In this document: positions 25,700 to 35,655 of the stretch, piece by piece | Position numbering within the stretch: position 1 is the stretch's first letter | Layout: every line of letters begins with the position of its first letter | Origin: Pseudogymnoascus verrucosus | Lineage: Eukaryota | Reading direction: 5' to 3' (one strand) | Assembly (NCBI GenBank): GCA_001662655.1 | Contig: KV460232.1 | DNA length: 64,000 nt | Made by a program: the position numbers and the translations under genes | Notes under the pieces: generated by a model | What the model saw: only the letters and a program-made list of their open reading frames with translations | What the model was told of the DNA's origin: nothing | The model's database searches: none

Positions 25700-26900
25700 T
25701 TTCCAACAAGTATTTTGAGCCAAACACAAACAATTCACGTAATCCAGCCGGCGTCAAAGCATTCATTAGTAGCACGGCGATCCTTTCCTTTGTCACGATA
25801 TGTTTTAAAGCATGCACGCGTGCATTGCAGGTCTCGGCGTTTTAGGGGACGGGCCGGAGCACGGTCCGGCGCGTGCCGGATGGGGGGGGGTGGTGTTTTT
25901 TTTAACTCTCTCTCTTATTATAAGTTTGTGAATATACTGGGAGTGCGATATAACATTAGGACCTTCCCTTGTCGGCGTGTTTGGGGTGGGGGGGGGGAGG
26001 AGGAGGGGGTTCGATACCCTGTTGTCGGGGCGGGGGCGCGACCAAGATAATTGTGGTTTTTTTTGGGGAGGCCTTGTATTGCTGAACTTTCGCTATACTG
26101 CGGCTGGGTCCTTTGGATGGGTGGCAAGGCGGCGTTCGTAGCATGTGTGGAATTTGATTGCGATCCAAGATCTTCAGTGACTTCTTCACTCGAACGAAAG
26201 AACCATGACTGATTGACCCTGACCCATTTGTTGTGAGCTAATGTTGTGCGTCCACACGTAAGACAAGACATATGGGAGCGGGCCGGAGCGTAATTTTGCG
26301 CGTCACCAGCTCTGGCGGGACAACAACTCCATCAGCGAACAGTAGTAGGGCGGGGATTATTTCCAGGCAACTTCTACAGATAGACTACGCGGTTTGATTG
26401 ATACAATTGACTAAGCGTAGGATAAACCACACGGTAATTCTTGAAACAATGCTTGTTCTGTCCCAGCCCCCCACTATGCATGAATGCGTGATATCCTATT
26501 TCAAAATCCGAGCCAATGAACACGATAGCGCTCTGCAGGCCCATACACCGGTGGAACATTTATCGATAAATCAGTGTGTGCACCAACAGGGGCGATTGGA
26601 CGGCCAAAGAAAGCCCTGTCAGACACCCCTCATGGTAACCCAGCCAGCGCCGCGATCCTTCACGCGGCCGACGCCCATGCATGCTTCTAATCGCGGGGTC
26701 CATGTTTCCACTCCAAGGCTGAGGGGAGGGCGGCTGAGCAACAGGTTCGCGGTGTTTTGGGGTTTGGCCGGGTAGGGATGTGTGCATATAAATAAATCGA
26801 ATAAGTAGAGGTGGGTGTGCTACGTACGAGCTTCTCTTATCATACATATATTTTTTATTCCCCGCTGTGCAGTGTGTGTGTGTGCCTGACGACAGACGAC

Positions 26901-29900
26901 ATGACAGACCATCGCGTTAAGGCGCTGACATATCGCGTGGAGAATATCCCGCCAGGAACGTCGAAGGAGGAGCTTCTCGAGCGGTACTTTTACAGAGAGG
27001 ATAGGGAGGATATCAAGGTCAAGTCGCTGTGTCCCTCGTGCGACAGCGTCGATCCGGATGAGGATGACTGGACAGCGACGATTTTCTTCCGACCCCGCGA
27101 TGCGGGGAGAGGGGAATTGCGCCTGGCGAATGATGATACGTTGACGCTCTCGAGGGATTTCTTCGGTTTCACGCCTCTTTATGTGCCGCCGAAAGAGAAG
27201 GGGCCTGTTGCGGCAGAGTGAGTTGTTTTTGTTGTTTTCCGCGCCAGCCGCGTGCCTGTTGCTGTGCTGACGGTCTTCACTAGTATCATCGCCGTTACCG
27301 GCCTAGGTGGCCATGCTTATGGGTCGTGGAGCCATTCCGACGAGCGCATGTGGCTGCGCGACTATCTTCCGAAAGACGCGCCGAATGCACGGATTTTGAC
27401 TTATGGGTACCAATCGGCTTTGCAGAGCGACTCTATTAGTGTGTTGGAGGATCATACAAATAAATTTGTGCATAAACTTGTTGATATGAGAGATGCGTCT
27501 GAGGTTAGTAAATCAAACTATGCGCTACACCTTGGAAGCCATACTAATATATAATTTGCAGTGTGAAAGCAGGTATGCGATAACGAGCGCACAGCGAAAC
27601 GGATGATAAAATGCTAATTCCGAAAGACCTATAATATTTGTTGGACATAGTTTAGGATGTCTAATTATCAAGAAGGTATGTATTCAGCTTATTGGTCCCC
27701 CCTTTATTATCATACTGACTGTAGATAGGCACTTACTGGCATTGGCCCAATGGGCATGTAAGTTTAATACCCGCTTTAGCATACAGTGCTGTGATAGATC
27801 ATGCATTGACAAGTTCTAGCCCAATGTCCCGCCTACCAGTTCGCGCCATCATCTTCTTAGCTGCACCCCACAGAGGACTCAATATCGATGCACTGCAAAC
27901 ACTAGTTATGGGCCAGGCGACTGAGGGCATGATAAATGAGCTCAGAGCCAACTCGCCGACACTAAGAGAACTCACCAATAGATTCCGTGACATTGTAGAA
28001 GATAACATTGACCTCTTGACATGTTACGAGCAAAGGCCTACAAAGACAGTGGTCAAGGTATGTACTAGAGAGCTGAGCAACATTTTCCCATACTAACCCA
28101 GTTGCAGGGTGCCGACGGCATATGGAGACGAGAAGGCACGCCAGTGATAATGGTTGGGCCAGATTCGGCACGGCTTGACTACAAAAAGGAGAAGTGCGTC
28201 TCTGTTGACTGCGACCACTCGCAAATTGCCAAGCTCAAGAAAGGAGAGGGTGGCATTTACCCTACTGTCAAATCAGCTATCAAGCATGGTCTCATAAGCA
28301 CCGCTAGGATAGTAGCGGGGAAAGATGTAAGTCTTGAATATCCCCGTGGTGGCAAGGTAAGCCATCTACTATGTCTTGTTCTATAATGCGGAAGAAAAGG
28401 ACTAATCCCGAGACAGGAGTTGACACACGGCGGCGCTGGATCTATGACTGGTTATATGCATTCTGTCCCTCCTCCATACGTTCAAGACAAAATCGCCGCC
28501 AGCAATGCGGCGTATATACCGCAGCAACCACAGCAAGCGCCTCCAACCCTTGCCCCTTATCAAGACCGCCATATTGTGGTAGAACGTGCGATCACGCCGA
28601 CCTATGAAAGCGCCGCTCATTACACTCAACCAGAGGCCCAATCATCACCTCCTTCCCATGACCGTGGAACGAGCCATGCAATCGAGAGCCGTTATCTCTC
28701 CGAGGCACATGGCAAGGCAGACGATGTTGTCAATGTAGAGCCTGATATTTCAGCCTTGACGATTTCTGAGCCACCTCAGGCCCCAGTCTTCTTGGACAAA
28801 TCCGAAGTCACTGTGGAGGAGGATATGGATGATGGGTACGAAGTTGACCCTGACAACATCTCAACCACAGCAATATGCAGCCGCTGCGATGAGGGTGTAC
28901 CGGACTCGACATTTCACTACTATTGCTACATGCCGATCACTAACCAATCCGGAGAAGATGACGATAAAGACAGGGTAGAAGAGCACAAGAACACTACTGT
29001 GTGTCAGTCCTGCGCTTACCTTGACCCCAATTGCGAGATACACAACGAACTACTCGTCAAGCGAGGCGTAAAGCCCCACGAAGCCCTCGAGCCATTTCTG
29101 CCATACATCGAGACCGACATACTGAGGTCAGACAACAGCCTCATTCGCGCGGTGAAGGAAAATGATTTGGACAAGATCGGACGTCTATCAAACAACTCCA
29201 AACTTCTCAGTGGAAAGACCTATGAGGGCTGCACTCCTCTCGTCTTGGCAGTCCAGCTAGGGCTGGTTGATGCTGTCAAGCTTATGCTCGCCAATGGAGC
29301 TTCCCCGACTGAGAGAGACTCCACTGGCTTCACGCCACTTTTCATGGCAGTCCAGTACAACCGGTACAAGGTGGCTAAAGTGCTTCTCGATGCCGGTGCA
29401 GACGTTGAGGACACTGGGGGACAATCATCCGCACTGCACCTGGCGGCGTCAAATGGAAGACCAAGGATGTTACAGCTCCTCCTAAACCGACAAGCCCCCG
29501 TCGACGTTTCATTCATCGGCTTCGGCACACCCCTCCACCAAGCCGCTCAATTAGGGAGCAACGAGTGCGTGAAGATTCTCCTTGCTGCAGGTGCTGATCC
29601 AAACGCAATGGCCAAGAGCGGCGCCACGGCCCTGAAATGGGCGGCTCTTAAAGGATACCGTGACGTCGTAAAGACGCTTCTTAGGAATAAGGCAATTGCC
29701 TCTCACATTGGAACAGATGGTGAAACGCCGATATACTGTGCTGTGGATGGCGGCCATGGGGAGATATGCGGAGACTTGATCGATGCTGGAGCAGACTTCA
29801 TATCAGAAGTCGCACGTCCGGTAATGACACCTCTTGGACACGCAGCACGTCTTGGCCGCAGGAATATCGTAAAAGTATTACTAGCGCGCGGGGCTCCAGT

Positions 29901-30609
29901 CGACGGTATAAGCGATGAGAACACCCCCCTGGGCTCTGCAGCAGTAGAAGGACATCTCGACGTCTGTCGGGATCTCATTGAAGCCGGCGCGAACCTCAAT
30001 GCCACATACGGACCTTTATCAACCAGCCCCGTCGGATTCGCGGCGAAATTCGGATATGAGGAGATTGCCGAGCTGCTCTTGAGCCGTGGCGCGAAGGTCG
30101 ATATTAATGACAGTGATGGACACCCCCCTATATACGTCGCGGTCGTCACGGAGCATGTGAGGGTCTGCCAGCTTCTTCTCGCGTTTGGTGCGGATGCGGG
30201 GTTCAAGACCGAAGATACAGAAAGGACTGTGCTGGCTATTACAACTATAGACGGAAACCTCTCCATGGTCAAACTTCTGATAGAATACCACGCTGATCTC
30301 GACGATGCTGATACTTACGGATGGACTCCTATAGGCCACGCCGCATTCAAAGGCTTCGTCGACATCTGCCGCGTCCTCATCGACGCCGGCGCCAACCTCG
30401 ATCTCCTCGTGTCCGGGAAGACGGCGCTGACAGAAGCTGCGCGCGCTGGCCACAGCGAGATTGTGCAGATGCTGTTAGCGGGAGGCGCGTGGGGTATGCC
30501 GCCCCCAGCGTATAAGGGGAAATGGAAGAATCTGGAATTCAAGAGCGAGGTGACGCCTTGGAAGAGGGAGGAGATTCTGAGGATTCTGAGGGCTGCGAAG
30601 CATATGTAG
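26901..30609 (+). CDS. Alpha/beta hydrolase (SesB/DUF676-like) + ZZ-like zinc finger + about 14 ankyrin repeats; 8 exons, about 1100 aa
   Basis: Exons 26901-27217, 27284-27503, 27562-27572, 27627-27675, 27729-27757, 27820-28057, 28102-28356 and 28417-30609 join in frame at GT-AG junctions. Motifs DIIAVTGLGGHAYGSW, MWLRDYLP, RILTYGY, RPIIFVGHSLG, IIFLAAPHRG, DCDHSQIAK and TPLxxAAxxG ankyrin repeats. Confidence 0.85.
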
Positions 30610-30958
30610 TGCTGTTCGGGGGTGATGGCCAATTTGGTGAATTTAAGGCTACGGCTGACGCTGGGGGATGTTTTTAACGTTTATGACCATTTATATATAC
30701 TGCTGTTATTTAAGTTTGAGCTTATTATCATTTACGAATGACAATTAGAGAGTTTTTTTTGTTATGGTTATGAGGGAAATTTGATTCGTTATTGGTAGCA
30801 TTAGTTCTCAGATTGCATGCAAAGAATGTGCCGTCTCCACAAGAGAAACGAAAGCATGCCAGCTCAGCTAATGCCACTAAACCGCATCGTGAGTAGAGTA
30901 AATACCTCGCCCACGTTCATTGTGGTGCAAATAACTCTAATCCCCAACCTTGATTCCT

Positions 30959-32451
30959 CTATTCATCTCGTGGATCCCCTTCGACGTCGGGCTCTACGGA
31001 CCCACAGCCACCACGCTTCTCAACTATAACCCCGTTCTCAACGGTGAAGCACCCGCCACGCTTTTCAACCGCAGCCAAAGGATCTCGTGGGTCACCTTCA
31101 GCCACGTCAGTCAAGGGGTCTCGTGGATCACCCTCGGCAAGGGGGAACGGCGGCCCAACACCGCGATTTGGGTCATCACAATTGGGCTGCGCGTATACGA
31201 TCCCGTTTTCCTTCACGAAGCAACCAACGCGCTTTTCAACCGCAGCTAGGGGATCGCGTGGATCTCCTTCAGCCACGGGAGTCAGGGGGTCTCGTGGATC
31301 ACCTTCGACGACAGGTTTTACGAACCCACAGCCACCGCGCTTCTCGATTATAACCCCATTCTCGATGGTAAAGCACCCACCACGCTTTTCAACCGCAGCT
31401 AGGGGGTCTCGTGGGTCACCTTCAGCGACAGCAACTAAGGGGTCTCGTGGATCCCCTTCAGCCACTGCAGTCAGGGGGTCTCGCGGATCCCCTTCGACGT
31501 CAGGCTCCACGGATCCGCAGCCACCGCGCTTCTCAACTATAACTCCGTTCTCGACAGTGAAGCACCCACCACGTTTCTTGACATCGACGTTAACATCCGC
31601 ATCGACACCCGCGTCAATGTCGCCGTTATTATCCACAGTGCCACAGGCACTGCTAACTATAGCTCCGTTTTCAACAGTGTAGCAAGCGCGCTTTCCGGGG
31701 TGAGTAATCGACCTCAGCCTCTCCATCATTGCGGCATCAGGGGTGACCGGTCCACCCGGGCCGTCATCGATGAGGCGAGCATACTCCTTCATAAACTCAT
31801 CCCGCTCATGTAAAACGTGCGATTCTGGCTTTAATTGCTCATTCTTTTCCAGGGCATCGGCTTCAATAGTAGAACGTCTTGCGAGGTAGCTGGTGAAAGG
31901 GGTGGATTCGGGGATATTGGTTGGTGCTTCGATATTTGGATTGGTGGGGTATTTGTCAATTACGCCGCCGTCTCTTTGAGGGGCTGGGTTGGCGCTGGCT
32001 TCACGGCCTTCATATTGGTGGCGTTTATGGGCACAAGGGTCTGGTTTGGTACCGAGTTGGACAGTGAGGCAACCAGTATCCATAACGCACGTCTATTTGA
32101 ATATTAGACCATGCTTGTGAGATCAAGAGGGAAGATAGCATTGAAGTATAAATGGTCGGGTTAACGTACAGGATCAGTACGTCCATTAAATCCTTGGCCT
32201 GGGCAGGAACAAATTGAACAGTGAGACCAGTCTGGGTCAAAAATATTGATGCCGAAGCATGAACCTGCTTTGAAGCATTGGCCAGAAAGACCACATTTGC
32301 CGAGAACGCAAGACGATTTAGAGGAAAGAGAGTTGGGTGCGTCTGGGATCAAAATTGGGCTGGCTAGGACGGATGCAAGGAAGGAGAATAGAGCGAGGGA
32401 ATTTGTGAGCAGGGCTTCGCTCGGGGTGCTGTCCATGGGTTTGAACTTCAT
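30959..32451 (-). CDS. Probably secreted Kex2-processed repeat protein (KEP / peptide precursor), about 471 aa, 2 exons
   Basis: Exon 1 (32451-32170) has a hydrophobic leader LALFSFLASVLA-SP and a Cys-rich region. Intron 32169-32093 (gtacgt...ctaat...aatag) is phase 0. Exon 2 (32092-30959) carries many KR sites delimiting repeated peptides. Confidence 0.85.
30962..31694 (-). repeat. Coding repeat array: KR-GGCFTVENGVIVE-KR-GGC...(AEGDPRDPL)n
   Basis: Eight copies of EGDPRD and five copies of C[FY]xxENG, with near-identical DNA units. Confidence 0.95.
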
Positions 32452-34033
32452 GGTGAATTGATTGGTTGGAATTCGATAGCTATTGAGGATGTTAGGTATG
32501 AAAATATCGGAGGTTTAAGTAGTGAAAGTCTTAGAGATTGGGTAAGTAGGGTATTGTAGGAAAGAGCTGGAGGTATAAAAGAATCAACAACATCCAGTGG
32601 GGTTGACCTGAAGTGTAGTCTTACTTTAAAGTGTGGTATTGGTTGACCCTTTGGTGCTGTGCCAAGGGAGTGTTGTTGTTTGTTCGAGGCAACAATCTCG
32701 GTGGTCGACGGTGAATTTATAGGTAAGCCTTCAGGTTTTGTTCTGTGCCTTCGCTGTCCCAGACCCCGTTGAAGCCGGAGTGATCGAATAACACTGTGCT
32801 ATGATGCTATAAAGAGAGTGATTGGAAAGGTTTCATGTCCGGTCGAAGTTGTCGTGGAATGCATACAGTATGTGCCATAAACGCAAGGCAAGGTCTATCG
32901 GGATACCAACGGGCTTAATTTTCCCTTTGCAAGGCACAATGCAAATAGAGCGGCCATCCGAAAGCAAGGGGCTTTATAGGTAACGGCTACAGAATTGGAA
33001 GTAGCAAACGCTTGATTTGGAGAAGATGTTGAATGCAACGAGATCACATTTCCTTTCAATATAAAGGGTTAATATTTTGAAATGATATGCCGAATCTCAG
33101 TGGAATGAAAATATGAAGCCGTGTCGGAATATATATTTTTAGAATTATTAAGGTTAGGGCAGACTGTATTTAAGAAATCCGGGCACACTTTACCACGTAA
33201 TATTCATAGACAAACAATAACCCGGCTCTAATTCGTTGCGAACAAGGCATCAATGCCTTGTGCCACCATTTGATTCTTGCCGCCACTCACCACAGTCGGA
33301 CCCGCTTGAAAGTCTTGTTCCCCTACGAAGAATCTTGGAAGGCGGCAAGGAGCGGGCTCTCGGTGGCCTCATGGGTCTCTCCGTCTCACCTTCTAGGAGA
33401 TAACAATGAACTCTGTCTCACCCCCCAAGGTATAACAATGCACAGCATATTTGTCATTGGCTGGTGTTGGCAAAGCTTGTTCTATTCAAGACTCTCTCGC
33501 AGCTCCCTTACTTCCTGTACAACCAGCCCCGGTAACGGCACTTCTGTGAGACCCTAGATCTATTAGCGCCATTGATAGCAAATGAATGTCGAATGCCGTC
33601 TTAAATCCAAATACAGTCTCATCCGGAGACCTAATGTAACTGTAGTTAATCTCTGATCTCAGCTTAAAAAATTGGGGTATCTATTTTGATGTCGTGGCCA
33701 TCACAGTGCTTAAACGCTGGGTACAGCCCCCTCAGCATCAGCGACGGATCAAGGAGTGTAGATCGTTGTAAATATTATAGATCTACTGAGAGATCAACAT
33801 ACCTCCTGCCTCCTGGACCTTGTTCCCGTTATTTTTGACAGGTTCGAATCGATCGAGAAACCGATCTCTAGTGGAGCCGCGAGGCCGCAGGACAACTAAC
33901 CGCAATAGGCAATATCAAACGTCAAGTGCGACTTGACATTTATGGACGAATGCAGCCACACCCAAAATAAACGGGGCCTTCTATCAAAGAAAACATATCA
34001 CAAACCTGGAACCCTGCAAACAAACTCCAAAGT

Positions 34034-34917
34034 ATGAAACACAAGAATACCAACCCCAAGAAGAGCACCGCCAAAAGCGCGCCATCCGAACCCCCACCAA
34101 ACTGGCCTGCATTCAAACCCCTCCTCCCCGCCTCCGACCTCTACCTAGAACCCATTGTTGACTCGCAAATCATTGTCACCCGCAACTTCTGGACCTCGAC
34201 GCTGTGTAAAGATTACGTCTCCTTCCTCAGATCCCTGCCCCTGGTCACAACACCAGGGAAGCCGAAAAAGGGCGACGCTGTGCGCGTCAACGATCGCTTC
34301 CAGATCACAGACCCGGCGTTCGCTAACAGATTATGGCTGGAGACCGGTCTACGAGAGCTGGTGAATGGGAGGACAGACGAGGAGGAGGGTGAGTCGATGA
34401 GTAAAGAAGAGAGGACAAGACTGTGGTATGTTCCACACGTGACGTGACACTGGACAGAGACATGCAAATGCGCTCCTACTAACGAACACAGGGGCGGAGA
34501 AGTCGTAGGCCTGAATCCCTCAATCCGGATATACCGTTACACGCCAGGTCAATTTTTCGACCAGCATTGTACGCCCTCCCTCTCCTCCCCTGTTATCCCT
34601 TCCTAACCCTCCCCCTAGACGACGAATCGAACATCATCAACCTCCCCACCACCCCTACCACCCCCGCAAAAACAACCTGGACTCTCCTCCTCTACCTTAC
34701 TTCCCCCGCCACAGGCTGTGAAGGCGGACAAACGGTCTTTTACCCGGACGACCTGCCGTTCAAGAACTCGCCGATCCAGAAGGAGGTTGTGGTAGAGCTG
34801 GAGACGGGCATGTTGCTGCTGCATAAGCACGGGAATGAGTGCATGCTGCATGAGGGGCGGGAGGTGACGGCGGGTGAGAAATGGGTCATTCGGACGGATC
34901 TGTGCGTTAGAAGGTAG
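34034..34917 (+). CDS. 2OG-Fe(II) oxygenase (prolyl-4-hydroxylase-like fold), 3 exons
   Basis: VRVNDRFQ, GLNPSIRIYRYTPGQFFDQH(Y)D, WTLLLYL, GGQTVFY and HEGREVTAGEKWVIRTDL give the HxD...H...K/R signature. Confidence 0.85.
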
Positions 34918-35230
34918 GGTCGGTGAGTGTGACGACAGGGTGGTTGGATGGGCTCGGGTCGGCTGGTCATGGGCGGTTATTTATGGTTATGGTAAGACGA
35001 ATTTAGAGATTATTTACGGGGGTGAAGAATAAAGACGGCCCTGTATGCAATTGAGCTTTAATCGCTTTGCGGTAGCGTAGGTTCGAGTAAGGCCTTCTTC
35101 ACGTGAGTTTCTAAGTAATATCAAACTCCTGGGATCCCACCAAAATTCCCAACCATCTCCAACCCACCTCCCCCCCAACATCAAGCTAAGTCCACCCTTA
35201 TAACCCAACTTTAGTATCTATAAATCAAGC

Positions 35231-35312
35231 GGCAGAGTGGCGCAGTGGAGGTACCACTGTCTGGACAATCTGGCTAGCTGGAGGATAAAGAGGTTATGGA
35301 TTCGACAACCGG
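35231..35312 (+). pseudogene. Possible degenerate tRNA-like (initiator-Met-like) relic
   Basis: ggcagagtggcgcagtgga resembles the 5' end and A box of tRNA-iMet, and agaggttatggattcgacaacc resembles the T-arm/B box. The anticodon arm and 3' acceptor strand are not recoverable. Confidence 0.35.
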
Positions 35313-35655
35313 GATGGATAAAAGGAAAAAAATAAAGAAAGAGCTTGGAAACGATCAATAACGACAAAAAGTAAAATCACAAAGTTGATTTTCTCCCTCA
35401 TCAGATCTTGAAAACGAAGAGATCTGATGAGTCTTTTGCCATTTTTTTGCTTGCTATCCCTAATAGCAGGTGGTGTCGCGAGTAGATAGCACGTTCCTAT
35501 GTTATTATAGAAGCAATTCAGAAGAAAGAAGTCCATTGCTCTAGATACGCACAGTCAATGTACCCAGCATGACTCTATGAACGCCATCCCAAACCGAGCA
35601 CCAAACGGACCCAGTCCCCCCTAAAACTCCACCCAGAACACATACCCAAGCCCGC

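Noticed and set aside
28417..28860. Q/P-rich linker as an amyloid signalling motif (sigma/PP/HRAM)
   Set aside because: Proline-rich and lacking the G/N/Q pseudo-repeat pattern of those motifs.
31044..31682. 212-aa plus-strand repeat ORF (RGSRGSPS)n
   Set aside because: Antisense shadow of the KEP array. The minus frame has the leader, the splice sites and the KR logic.
30962..31694. Repeat array as a CRISPR-like locus
   Set aside because: Eukaryotic context, the repeats are in-frame coding units with synonymous variation, and there are no unique spacers or cas genes.
30959..32451. KEP as an alpha-factor-like pheromone precursor or ustiloxin-type dikaritin
   Set aside because: It lacks W-C/GQPC-type pheromone cores and xA/xP Ste13 spacers after KR. 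It has no repeated Tyr-containing core, and no DUF3328 gene is nearby.
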